From Nitrospinales bacterium (GTDB lineage: Bacteria; Nitrospinota; Nitrospinia; Nitrospinales; JAJDAT01), in the NCBI GenBank assembly GCA_046757665.1, contig JBHHYO010000004.1, forward strand, positions 1 through 64,000: a DNA stretch of 64,000 nucleotides. The letters are read 5' to 3'. The notes under the pieces are model-generated. The model did not search any database and was not told the origin of the DNA. It saw nothing but the letters and a program-made list of their open reading frames with translations. Shown here in pieces: positions 1-11,330 of this stretch; within the stretch, counting starts at the first letter, position 1, and each line of letters starts with the position of its first letter. The position numbers and the translations under genes were made by a program.

Positions 1-38
1 CAACGGCGCGGCAAAAGCTCAACGGCGCGCCGGAAAAA

Positions 39-359
39 TCACAGCGGCTCGATCGTGCATTTGAACGGGAACTCCTCGATGGCGGCGGCAAAATGAACCT
101 GCTCAACCTTGAACTCCGCGCGCTCGAGGGGCATCGTATCGGCAACGGCGCTACCGTTATAATGCACCTCGTACATCAATTTCTCGGAGGTTGGCAAATC
201 CTTGCCGAAAATCCTCATCAGGATTCGCACGACAAATTCCATGGTGGTGACGTTGTCGTCCCACATAACAACTTTATAAAGAGGTAAATAATCCTGCTTG
301 GTGTCGCCTCCCGTATCCTTTTCTATGTCCGGCAACGGCGGCAGGGTTTTGGTAGCCAT
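39..359 (-). CDS. clpS: ATP-dependent Clp protease adaptor ClpS
   Basis: YKVVMWDDNVTTMEFVV...EVHYNG...FPFKCTIEP matches the ClpS pattern. ATG at 359 follows GAGGAATAAGG. Confidence 0.9.
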   Translation of the reverse strand: MATKTLPPLPDIEKDTGGDTKQDYLPLYKVVMWDDNVTTMEFVVRILMRIFGKDLPTSEKLMYEVHYNGSAVADTMPLERAEFKVEQVHFAAAIEEFPFKCTIEPL

Positions 360-566
360 AATCCTTATTCCTCTAATGACAAAATCACCGGTTGATTCGC
401 CGGAAAACACCTTTTAAAATAAGGTCATGAAACTGAATATCAACGGAGGCTGAAAACAACGTAACCCAAAAAAACATCAGCCATCCGCTCAAATAAATAT
501 TAGATAAGTAATTTTATTTTTTCAATTACTATCTTAATATCCGCACTATCTGCATTCAGGATACGC

Positions 567-1526
567 ATGGCTCAAGCGCGCATTGGAAACCTTTCCGCAA
601 AATCGCTCGCCGGCAGAACTTGTTTTTATGCCGCCTTTCTTTTCCTCTGGAGCAGCCTCTTCCCTCCTGCCGCAGTCCACGGCGCGCCCTCCACCCACAC
701 ACAAACCGGCAACATGCCGGGTTTGTTCGATTCTTTTTCGCCCTACGGAGACATCCGGCGTTTTGCCGGAGAAACCCTGTATTTCGACATCAGTTTTTTA
801 TGGTTCAACAACGCCGCCGAGTCGAAAATTTCCTTTTTAGAGAAAAACGGACAGTACTATTGCGTTCTCGAAGCGCAGACCAGGGGTTTTGTCGGCTGGT
901 TTACAGGTTACCGCAAACATGTTTATAAAGCGTTTTTCGATATCATAAATCAGGGAACCCGCGTCCGGGCCTATAAATTCGAATGGACGATCATCGCCGG
1001 CAATGATGTGGAAAAAGCCGTGCACCACATGAACTATAAAACCCGGAAACATTCATGGGTCGAAACCAAAAACGGCGAAGTGGTCGAAAAGAAAACCGAG
1101 AATATACCGGAAGGAATCAATTACGACGATATTTTGTCCGCATTTTACAACTTCCGCAACAGCGTCTATGGCAAATTGAAAAAAGGGTCAATGTATACCA
1201 TCTATACCATACCGGAAAAGGGCCATAAAACCATTTCCGTTCAAATAAAAACCAAAGCCGAGGAAAAGAAAGTCCAAAAGAAGGAGGGGAGAAACCATTT
1301 CGGGGAATTGCTCATGAACGTCTTCATCCCCAAGGAAATTTTCAAAACGAAAAACGGGCGTCTGATGTTTTGGGCTTCACCAAACTATATCCCGCTGGAA
1401 ACGACCGTAAAAGACTATATCTTTCTTGGCGACTTGCACGCCAAGTTTTCCCGGCGCGTTTATCTGCCAAAAAAACGGGCCGCGGCGCCGATAACCGGAG
1501 CGTCCGCTTCACCATCGGATTTTTAG
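567..1526 (+). CDS. Exported DUF3108-like protein
   Basis: Hydrophobic N-terminal signal-like segment. GETLYFDISFLWF, YDDILSAFYNFR and YIPLE...FLGDLHA resemble DUF3108. Confidence 0.6.
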   Translation: MAQARIGNLSAKSLAGRTCFYAAFLFLWSSLFPPAAVHGAPSTHTQTGNMPGLFDSFSPYGDIRRFAGETLYFDISFLWFNNAAESKISFLEKNGQYYCVLEAQTRGFVGWFTGYRKHVYKAFFDIINQGTRVRAYKFEWTIIAGNDVEKAVHHMNYKTRKHSWVETKNGEVVEKKTENIPEGINYDDILSAFYNFRNSVYGKLKKGSMYTIYTIPEKGHKTISVQIKTKAEEKKVQKKEGRNHFGELLMNVFIPKEIFKTKNGRLMFWASPNYIPLETTVKDYIFLGDLHAKFSRRVYLPKKRAAAPITGASASPSDF

Positions 1527-1557
1527 AGACACTTCCCCCTGCCTCGTTTTCCGCCGG

Positions 1558-1902
1558 TCAAACATCGAAGGACGGCAAAGGAGGCTCTTTCCAGATATCG
1601 ACTTCCGTCGTTTCGTCCAGAGTCACTTCCCCGAAAGTTACCGCGTAGGGCTCCACCTCCTGACACCGGTATTCCATGGAAATTTTTTTAATATCCCAGG
1701 CCCCTTTTTCGGGGCCGACAAGCGCCAGGCTGTGGGGGAAACTGTTGATTTCGTAACTGGCCTCGAAGACCTGGCGCGGCCCGGTTCCTCCAGCGCCGTT
1801 TTCAAAGGGAATCGAAAATCCGTTGATGTTGAACTTCACCGGGTCCTCGGTCCCCCGTTCCCCCGTCTCGATTTTGATTGAAAATGTATTGAGCTTCGGC
1901 AT
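1558..1902 (-). CDS. Hypothetical acidic beta-rich protein (PLAT/LH2-like), likely co-transcribed with nfuA
   Basis: ATG with GAGG RBS, 12 nt downstream of nfuA. FSIKIETG...WDIKKISM pattern is PLAT-like. Confidence 0.6.
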   Translation of the reverse strand: MPKLNTFSIKIETGERGTEDPVKFNINGFSIPFENGAGGTGPRQVFEASYEINSFPHSLALVGPEKGAWDIKKISMEYRCQEVEPYAVTFGEVTLDETTEVDIWKEPPLPSFDV

Positions 1903-1914
1903 AACACCTCACCG

Positions 1915-2709
1915 TCAGGAATAATAAGGGTTCAAGCCCGCCGCATGGTCGGTTTCATCCAGAATGGCGCCGACCGCCGGCACAGCCTTGCGGAAAGCCG
2001 TATGGATACCCGCCTTGAGAGTCAAATCCGCGGCGCTGCATCCCTGGCACCCGCCGCCCATCTGAATAGTCACCGCATTGCCCTTGACGCCCAACAACGC
2101 GATCCGGCCCCCATGGGCCGCCACGCCGGGGTTCACCTCCCGGTCAATGACTTCCTGAATCCCCTTGCGGATCTCCTCTTCCGAGGGAATTCCCTGAACG
2201 ATCTTTTCCGCAATCAAGGGAGAGCCCGTCTGCAACACGCGGCGGATTGCGGCTCCCACCTCCTTGGCCAAAGGACGCCAGTCCGCCTGGCTTTTGTTCT
2301 GGCGCGTGAGGGTCAATGTGGATTCCTGAACCAATACGCTTTCCACGCCCTCGACGCTGAATACGGCTTCCGCCAGAGGCGAACCCGCCGCGCTCTCAAA
2401 GTCGGCGAACATCCAGGAATACCCCGCAAACAGGTCGCGGTTCACCATAAACTTGCATTGATCCCCGAGTGCGGAAGGTTCCGCCTTGATCAGAATTTCA
2501 TCCGTTGCCTTCGGTGCGGAATCCGAAGTCAGAACCGGCGCGCGGACCACGGTGCGCTTCGCCGGAGCGGCGGGAGGATGCTCCGCCGCCGAATGCTCCC
2601 CGGAATCCCGGGCTACGGTTTCCGGAGGAGAATTTTCACGATCAAAATTCTCCGTTTCCCGCTTCTCGCCGGAAAAAACGTTTCGTAAAGATTTAAATAT
2701 TGAATTCAC
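1915..2709 (-). CDS. nfuA: NfuA/NifU-family Fe-S cluster carrier (Nfu N-terminal scaffold + NifU C-terminal domain)
   Basis: VNPGVAAHGG...MGGGCQGC...DETDHAAGLNPYY and SPLAEAVFSVEGV motifs. GTG start at 2709 preceded by AAGGAG. Confidence 0.85.
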   Translation of the reverse strand: MNSIFKSLRNVFSGEKRETENFDRENSPPETVARDSGEHSAAEHPPAAPAKRTVVRAPVLTSDSAPKATDEILIKAEPSALGDQCKFMVNRDLFAGYSWMFADFESAAGSPLAEAVFSVEGVESVLVQESTLTLTRQNKSQADWRPLAKEVGAAIRRVLQTGSPLIAEKIVQGIPSEEEIRKGIQEVIDREVNPGVAAHGGRIALLGVKGNAVTIQMGGGCQGCSAADLTLKAGIHTAFRKAVPAVGAILDETDHAAGLNPYYS

Positions 2710-2764
2710 GGAATTGCTCCTTATAAAAATCAAAAATCGCGGCAAGTAAAAATTCAAAACAACA

Positions 2765-2881
2765 TTTTGACTCGCCGCGGGAAAAAGAGGAGCCAGGCAA
2801 ACAAGCAAGGGAGGGGTGGTCGTCTTGCCTGCAGGGGATAGAAGTCGCGCCTGGGCTCCCCCGCTTCACGACGCAAACTCG
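2765..2881 (-). ncRNA. Candidate structured RNA (sRNA or nfuA 5' leader)
   Basis: Minus-strand nested stems GUCGUG/CGCGGC, GGGGAGCCCAGGCG/UGCCUGG-CUCCUC and GCAGGCAAG/CUUGCUUGU. G-U pairs favour the minus strand. Loops are C-rich. Confidence 0.45.
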
Positions 2882-3158
2882 TGCCACAGTCTACACAAAA
2901 ACTCCTATTAACCTTATCTCCACAGCGGCGGTTTCGATAAGGAAAAAAACCTCCGTTTCAAAAAAAAATATTTACCGATCCGGCAACCGCGGGCCGGCCC
3001 GCGAGCAGACTTGCCATTCCCACTCATGCGGACACAACCGAGCGGCAAAAATTTTCCCCTGACACAATCGAAAACTCAAAAAAAACACAAAAAGCAACAA
3101 CCCTCCATAGAGTTATGTTTTCCGTTTTCTCCCGGATGCGAACCTTTCCCCGCCGACA

Positions 3159-3536
3159 TCAGGTATCGGACCGGAAAGCGTCCTGAAGCAACTCGATTTT
3201 CCAAAGGTTCGGTTGGTCCGGCTTGCCGGCAACGGCAACCACGTCAAACCGGCAGACCCGGTTTTGCGTTTTTTTCCCGGCAAGAAAATGCTGGGCGACC
3301 AATGCCAGTTTCTTCTGTTTTTGAGGTGTCAGAGCGGCAAGAGGCGGGCCGAATCGATCGCTCGACCGGGCCTTTACCTCGACAAACACCACGGCGCCTC
3401 GATGTTCGGCGATGATATCGATTTCACCCGCCGCGCAACGGAAATTTCTTTGCAGGATACGGTAGCCTTTTTTTTTCAGGAAAGCCGCCGCGGCTTCCTC
3501 GCTTTCCCTGCCGAATTGCGAACTGCTACGAACCAT
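3159..3536 (-). CDS. yraN: YraN (UPF0102) family putative endonuclease
   Basis: GRESEEAAAAFLKKKGYRILQRNFR...GEIDIIA...VFVEVKAR...RFDVVAV. Confidence 0.92.
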   Translation of the reverse strand: MVRSSSQFGRESEEAAAAFLKKKGYRILQRNFRCAAGEIDIIAEHRGAVVFVEVKARSSDRFGPPLAALTPQKQKKLALVAQHFLAGKKTQNRVCRFDVVAVAGKPDQPNLWKIELLQDAFRSDT

Positions 3537-4302
3537 TTTCCGTCCCGCCGTTCCGTCCCCTTTTCCATTTAGGGAACCACATTCCCGTCGCGGCGCGGTA
3601 GCGCGAATATTCCTTGCCAAACCGCTCCGCCAGGGCTTTTTCTTCGTAATTGACTCTAAACTGAAATCCGAACCATGCGGCCAGCATTCCCGCCCCCCCT
3701 GCCCATGCATTGTGCGTGGTCAGCGCATAAGCGAGGATAACCAGCATCATGGCGGTATAGGAGGGATGCCGCATGTACCCGTACAGTTGGTCGGTTTTCA
3801 ATTTCTGCTCATCCCGGAACACGATGTCGAACTTGAACCCCGTGCCGCCCAATTGGCGAATGGCAAGTATCCGCATCCCGGCCCCGGCCAGAAAAACGCC
3901 GCCGATCAAAACCAGTTCCAGGCCCGTCACCGGCGTCATTGTCATCCGGGATACGAACGACAAACCCATCAGAGCCGCGGCAATCGGCAAGGTATGTCCC
4001 AATAACTGTCGAATATGCTCCCTGTCAAAGGTCAGGTCGGTCTTGCGCACCGTAATCACAAAAACCGCCAACTCAATGAGCCCGTAAATCAGATTCTCAA
4101 AGGAAACCAGGTGTACCCTGACGGCGTTTTCCGGGTTCAGTCCCAGGGGCGTCATCGGAATCAGGTAAATCAACCCCACGAGAACCGTGTTAAAGTTCAA
4201 GTTCAGATAAAGCGCCGCCAGGAAAGCGGCGAGGAAGAAAACAAAATTGCCGTAAACCAGCCAGTAACTCAGAATGAACGGATCGGCGGCCCACTCAGCC
4301 AC
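3526..4302 (-). CDS. Isoprenylcysteine carboxyl methyltransferase (ICMT/Ste14)-family membrane protein
   Basis: Multiple TM segments, LYGYMRHPSY and EEKALAERFGKEYSRY motifs, GGAGGAG RBS. Confidence 0.8.
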   Translation of the reverse strand: MAEWAADPFILSYWLVYGNFVFFLAAFLAALYLNLNFNTVLVGLIYLIPMTPLGLNPENAVRVHLVSFENLIYGLIELAVFVITVRKTDLTFDREHIRQLLGHTLPIAAALMGLSFVSRMTMTPVTGLELVLIGGVFLAGAGMRILAIRQLGGTGFKFDIVFRDEQKLKTDQLYGYMRHPSYTAMMLVILAYALTTHNAWAGGAGMLAAWFGFQFRVNYEEKALAERFGKEYSRYRAATGMWFPKWKRGRNGGTENGS

Positions 4303-4423
4303 TTTTACTCCTCCCCCGGCGCAAAACCGGCAGACACAAAAAACCGGCCGGTAACCGGCGGTCCGGAAAAATAACGCGCCCGTGCGAAAGCCGACGGTTT
4401 TTTTAACTCCATTACTCTGTTTT

Positions 4424-4451
4424 TTGCAAACATTTTATTATATGCTATAAG
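4424..4451 (+). promoter_or_regulatory. Putative sigma70 promoter of the reductase-yicC operon
   Basis: TTGCAA-N16-TATAAG with extended -10 TGn, in an AT-rich intergenic region. Confidence 0.45.
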
Positions 4452-4494
4452 ACATCAACTGTTATTCAAGCATATATTTCAAGAGGCCTGTTCA

Positions 4495-6888
<2,394 letters not shown>

Positions 6889-7770
6889 ATGCTCAAAAGC
6901 ATGACCGGCTATGGACGGTTTGAAACTCGCAACGGAACCTACTCCTGCATGGTGGAAATCCGTTCGGTGAACAACCGTCACATGGAAATAAAAGTCAAGC
7001 TTCCCAAATATCTTTCACAACTGGAGGTTCCCCTTAAAAAACTCGTCAAAAGCAAATGCCGCCGGGGAACGCTGGACATCTTCATCTCCCTCGAAAAAGA
7101 AGACGGCGCCGGCGGCGACCAGGAGATCAAACCCAATTTGCAATTGGCCTCACAATACTTCCAGGCGTTAACCCAGATCAAGGACACCCTGGGCCTACGC
7201 GGCGAAATCGACATCAACTCGGTGCTCTCCCTGAGGGACCTGATCAAATTCGAACCGCCCCAACTGGACTCCTCTCAGGAAAAAATGATCCTCAACACCG
7301 CGGAAGAAGCTCTCCACGCGCTGGGCCAAATGCGCCAGGAAGAAGGGAAAAACCTGGAATCGGCCATCAGCAAGGACTTGCAGGAAATCGCCGGCATCGC
7401 GGACTCCATTCAAGCCCGTCAACCGAATGTCATCCGGGAATACCGGGACCGGCTCAAGGAAAAAATCGGTATTTTGAGCGACGGCCTTTCCATCGACGAC
7501 GCCCGGCTGGCCCAGGAAACCGCCATCATGGCCGACCGTTGCGACGTCACCGAAGAGTTGAACCGCATCAAAAGCCACTTGCAACAATTCAATAACCTCA
7601 TCCGGCAAGACGGCCCGCTGGGCAGGAAACTCGAATTCATCACCCAGGAAATCAATCGCGAAGTCAATACCATCGGATCCAAAACCTGCGATTACCAGGT
7701 GTCGCAATCGGTGATCGAACTCAAAAGCGCCTTGGAAAAAATTCGGGAACAAATTCTGAATATCGAATAG
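6889..7770 (+). CDS. yicC: YicC/YloC family endoribonuclease
   Basis: KSMTGYGR, EIRSVNNR, GRKLEFITQEINREVNTIGSK, EKIREQILNIE. Confidence 0.95.
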   Translation: MLKSMTGYGRFETRNGTYSCMVEIRSVNNRHMEIKVKLPKYLSQLEVPLKKLVKSKCRRGTLDIFISLEKEDGAGGDQEIKPNLQLASQYFQALTQIKDTLGLRGEIDINSVLSLRDLIKFEPPQLDSSQEKMILNTAEEALHALGQMRQEEGKNLESAISKDLQEIAGIADSIQARQPNVIREYRDRLKEKIGILSDGLSIDDARLAQETAIMADRCDVTEELNRIKSHLQQFNNLIRQDGPLGRKLEFITQEINREVNTIGSKTCDYQVSQSVIELKSALEKIREQILNIE

Positions 7771-7856
7771 CCAATCCCCGAAAAATCCTGTTATGATTGA
7801 CCGGCAGTCGAGTTTTCATTTGCCGACAGTTCCTTAATCCGCCGAAAACCTCAACC

Positions 7857-8486
7857 ATGAAACCAAAAGGCATCGTCTTCATCATCTCCGCCCCTTCCGG
7901 GACGGGCAAAACCACGGTTTGCAATATCCTGCAACAAAAGATACCGGAGCTGAAACACTCCATATCGCACACCACCCGCCCGCCCCGGCCGACCGAAAAA
8001 AACGGAACGGACTATTATTTTGTTTCGAAGCCGGAATTCAAGGCCATGATCGACCGGGGAGCGTTTCTGGAATGGGCCGTTTATCACGACCACTATTACG
8101 GCACCTCCCTGGAAACCATCGATGCCATTAGCGGAGACGGCGGCGACATCCTCCTGGAGCTGGACGTGCAGGGAGCGGAAACCCTCCTGAACAGAAAATT
8201 CGCCGGCGTCTTCATCCTCCTTCTTCCCCCCTCCATCGAGGAACTGGGCAAACGCCTGCGGGGCCGCTCCACCGAGTCGGAGGAATCCATTCAAAACCGC
8301 ATCGACACCGGGAAACGGGAAATCGCCAAATACCTCATTTACGATTATGTCATCACCAATCGCGATCCGGGTGAAACCGTCAACGACATCATAGCCATTA
8401 TCCACGCGGAAAAATGCCGTGCCGACCGGTATCGTCCTACCTCGCCCGACATTGAAATCCTTTTGAACCCAAAGGTGAAAACCTGA
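7857..8486 (+). CDS. gmk: Guanylate kinase
   Basis: ISAPSGTGKTT P-loop, SHTTRPPR, YYGT, ELDVQGA. Confidence 0.96.
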   Translation: MKPKGIVFIISAPSGTGKTTVCNILQQKIPELKHSISHTTRPPRPTEKNGTDYYFVSKPEFKAMIDRGAFLEWAVYHDHYYGTSLETIDAISGDGGDILLELDVQGAETLLNRKFAGVFILLLPPSIEELGKRLRGRSTESEESIQNRIDTGKREIAKYLIYDYVITNRDPGETVNDIIAIIHAEKCRADRYRPTSPDIEILLNPKVKT

Positions 8487-9571
8487 TGTCCACCGTAGCC
8501 CTGGCGGACCTGATCCGCCCCAACGTGCAATCCCTCAAAGCCTATCAAGTGGAAAATTTTGCCGGCGCCATTCAGTTGCACGCTAACGAAAACCCCTTCC
8601 CCCCCCCTGAAGAAATGACGGTTCTTTTCCACGATTGCCTCAAGGCAATCCAATTGAACCGCTATCCCGACCCGGAATGCCGGAAGCTCAAGCAAGCCCT
8701 TTCCCGCCGGGCGGGTGTGCCGGAGGAAACCCTGGTGATCGGCAACGGTTCCGACGAACTCATCCAGTTGATCCTGCAAATTTTCTGTGGCGGCGGAGAC
8801 CGCATCGTTTTTCCCGACCCGGCGTTCGGCATGTATTCCATCATTCCCAAGGCGATGGGGCTGGACCCGCAACCCTTCCCCCTGGACGACCACTGGAACT
8901 TCCAGGCCGACCAGCTTCTCGACCACATGGCGAACTGCCAGGCCAAACTCGTGTTTCTGGGTTACCCCAACAACCCCACCGGCAACTGCTTTCCCGAGGC
9001 GGAAATCCAGAAAGTCATCGAAAACTTCCGCGGGATCGTCGTCGTGGACGAAGCTTATTACGACTTTTCCAAAACCAGCTTCCTTGACCAAATGGCCGGC
9101 CACAACAACCTGATCGTCCTGCGGAGCCTCTCAAAAATCGGGCTGGCCGGGTTGCGCGTGGGATATGGCATCGCCAACCCCTTCATCATCCAGCAATTGA
9201 ACAAGGTCCGCCTGCCCTACAACTCCAATACGCTTTCCCAAACCTTCGCCGAAAAAATGCTGGAAAATTTTGCCCCGGTGCAAACCCAGATCGACCGAAT
9301 CATCGAAGAACGACAACGGCTGTACCAGGCCCTGGCGAAAATCGACTCCTTGACCGTATTTCCGTCGGACGCCAACTTCATCCTGTTCCGAACGCGGCAA
9401 GACGCAAGCTCCATTTTCAACCACCTGCTGGAAAAAGGCATCCTGGTGCGGGACCTGAGCGGCCATCCGCGATTGCACAATTGCCTGCGGGTCACTATCG
9501 GTTGCCCGGAGGAAAACGACCGATTCCTCGCTCAAATCGCTGTCCATTCCGGTCCGGCACAGGTAAAATAA
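8486..9571 (+). CDS. hisC: Histidinol-phosphate aminotransferase
   Basis: LHANENP, NRYPD, GNGSDE, PNNPTG, VDEAY, RSLSKIGLAGLRVGY. Confidence 0.93.
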   Translation: MSTVALADLIRPNVQSLKAYQVENFAGAIQLHANENPFPPPEEMTVLFHDCLKAIQLNRYPDPECRKLKQALSRRAGVPEETLVIGNGSDELIQLILQIFCGGGDRIVFPDPAFGMYSIIPKAMGLDPQPFPLDDHWNFQADQLLDHMANCQAKLVFLGYPNNPTGNCFPEAEIQKVIENFRGIVVVDEAYYDFSKTSFLDQMAGHNNLIVLRSLSKIGLAGLRVGYGIANPFIIQQLNKVRLPYNSNTLSQTFAEKMLENFAPVQTQIDRIIEERQRLYQALAKIDSLTVFPSDANFILFRTRQDASSIFNHLLEKGILVRDLSGHPRLHNCLRVTIGCPEENDRFLAQIAVHSGPAQVK

Positions 9572-9602
9572 ACGTGTCTCGCCCCCTGAAGCGAGGGGGA
9601 AG

Positions 9603-10646
9603 ATGGGAGAATCCGCGGTACCAGCCATGCGTATTCTGAAAACGACTCTACTCGCCGTCTTTTGGGGATGTATCGCCTTCATTTGGCTGATCGGGGGGTT
9701 ATTTTATTACCAGGCCGCCTATCCCGTCGGCGGCTCGCCCGAACCCGTCCTCTTCAAGATCGAAAAAGGCATGACCCTCAAGCAAGTCGCCCACCGCCTG
9801 GCCGAATCCCAATTGGTCCGCGGTCCCAGCTCGTTCCGCCTGCTGGCTTATTTTCAAGGCAAGCAGGACCAGATCAAGGCCGGGGAATTTCATCTGTCCC
9901 CCACCATGCCCCCCGGACAAATCCTTGAACACATCACGTCAGGCCGGACGATTCTTTATCCCGTCACCATACCCGAAGGGTACCGCATCACGGAAATCGC
10001 CGCCCTGTTGAGCCGAAAAGGCATGGTGGACGAAGCCGAATTCATCCGTGCCACCCGGGACCGCGGCCTCATCAAGTCTCTCGGCGGCTCCATGGAAAAT
10101 CTCGAAGGCTACCTTTTCCCGGACACCTATCTCTTCAGCAAAAACGCCGGCGCGCGCAACATCGTCAAAACCATGGTGGACACCTTCGCCAAACAAGCCC
10201 TCAAACCCCAGTACCTGCAACGCGCCCGGGAACTCGGCTTCAGTTTCCACGAAATCGTCACCCTGGCCTCGCTGATCGAGAAAGAAACCGGCGACGAGCG
10301 CGAACGCGGCCTGATCTCCGCCGTCTTCCATAACCGGCTGAAAAGGAACATGCGCCTGCAATGCGACCCCACCGTCATTTACGTTATCAAGAACTTCGAC
10401 GGCAACCTGCGCAAAAAGGATCTGGCCATCGACTCACCCTACAACACCTACCGGTACGGCGGCCTGCCACCCGGCCCCATTGCCTGCCCGGGGCTGGAAT
10501 CCATCAAGGCCGCCCTTTATCCCGCACCGGTGAAACACATCTATTTCGTCTCCCGGCAGGACGGCAGTCACGAGTTCTCCAGCACCCTGGCGGACCATAA
10601 CCGCGCCGTCCGCAAATACCAGTTGCGCGCCGGAAAACGCTCCTGA
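9603..10646 (+). CDS. mltG: Endolytic transglycosylase MltG
   Basis: N-terminal TM, TIPEG, LEGYLFPDTY, LASLIEKE, LQCDPT, SPYNTY..GLPPGPI. Confidence 0.95.
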   Translation: MGESAVPAMRILKTTLLAVFWGCIAFIWLIGGLFYYQAAYPVGGSPEPVLFKIEKGMTLKQVAHRLAESQLVRGPSSFRLLAYFQGKQDQIKAGEFHLSPTMPPGQILEHITSGRTILYPVTIPEGYRITEIAALLSRKGMVDEAEFIRATRDRGLIKSLGGSMENLEGYLFPDTYLFSKNAGARNIVKTMVDTFAKQALKPQYLQRARELGFSFHEIVTLASLIEKETGDERERGLISAVFHNRLKRNMRLQCDPTVIYVIKNFDGNLRKKDLAIDSPYNTYRYGGLPPGPIACPGLESIKAALYPAPVKHIYFVSRQDGSHEFSSTLADHNRAVRKYQLRAGKRS

Positions 10647-10711
10647 CCCGGTCAACTACCATGAAACACAAACCAACGGATCGACCGCACGGTTGAACCA
10701 AACCATCTAAA

Positions 10712-10740
10712 TTGACACCCGTTCCGATACACGACACAAT
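10712..10740 (+). promoter_or_regulatory. Sigma70 promoter of higBA, probably leaderless
   Basis: TTGACA(10712)-N17-CACAAT(10735). The toxin ATG is 5 nt after the -10 and has no SD. Confidence 0.6.
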
Positions 10741-10745
10741 GAAAC

Positions 10746-11025
10746 ATGATAAGAACATTTAAACATCGTGGATTAAAAAGGCTTTATGAACGAGGCGATC
10801 AAAGCAAAGTCCTGTCAGGCCAGCTTGAACTGATCGAAGACATCCTCGCATTTCTGGATATCGCGGAAAAACCGCAAGACCTTGACAAGCCGGGTTACAA
10901 CCTTCACCCATTAAAAGGAAACTTCAAAGGTTTTTGGAGTGTAAAAGTATCCGGCAATTGGCGCATCATTTTTCCGCTTTAAAGACGGTGATGCATTAGA
11001 CGTCAATTTAATTGATTACCATTAA
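10746..11025 (+). pseudogene. higB: HigB (RelE-family) toxin with apparent +1 frameshift in a T5 run at 10969-10973
   Basis: MIRTFKHRGLKRLYE...LHPLKG...WSVKVSGNWRIIF, then premature stop at 10982. The shifted frame continues [16 protein letters not shown] to 11025, the typical HigB C-terminus. Confidence 0.85.
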
Positions 11026-11036
11026 GAGGTGATGAA

Positions 11037-11330
11037 ATGGCTATGAAAAACCCACCACATCCCGGTCGCTCGATCAAGAGTGCCTGTCTTGATCCTTCGG
11101 GGCTGTCCGTGACGGAAGCGGCTCGTCGACTAGGTGTTGCCCGTCATACTCTCTCACGCGTGATCCACGGTCATGCCGGTATTTCACCTGAAATGGCTAT
11201 TCGGCTGGAAAAGATGGGATGGAGTACGGCACGGGCATGGCTGGCCGCGCAAACAGCCTATGACCTTGCACAGGCGCAAAAAGACGTGGCCGAAATAAAG
11301 GTACGTCCTTTGCGTGCCATTGGGGTTTAG
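11037..11330 (+). CDS. higA: HigA family antitoxin (HTH-XRE)
   Basis: MKNPPHPG...[34 protein letters not shown]...[20 protein letters not shown]. Confidence 0.93.
   Translation: MAMKNPPHPGRSIKSACLDPSGLSVTEAARRLGVARHTLSRVIHGHAGISPEMAIRLEKMGWSTARAWLAAQTAYDLAQAQKDVAEIKVRPLRAIGV

Noticed and set aside
1-29. CAACGGCGCG repeated at 1-10 and 20-29
   Set aside because: Only two short copies at the window edge, which is not enough to call an array.
2693-2887. 64-aa ORF MARVC... with five Cys, considered as ribosomal L28 or a Cys-sensing leader peptide of nfuA
   Set aside because: No L28 motifs beyond the first residues, the SD is about 14 nt from the GTG, and the region is better explained by RNA structure.
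3011-3415. 134-aa + strand ORF
   Set aside because: Runs through A-tract intergenic DNA and antisense to yraN, with no motifs.
4325-4405. AACCGG repeats and a GCGAAAGC loop, considered as a c-di-GMP riboswitch
   Set aside because: The required P2 helix and tetraloop receptor are not present.
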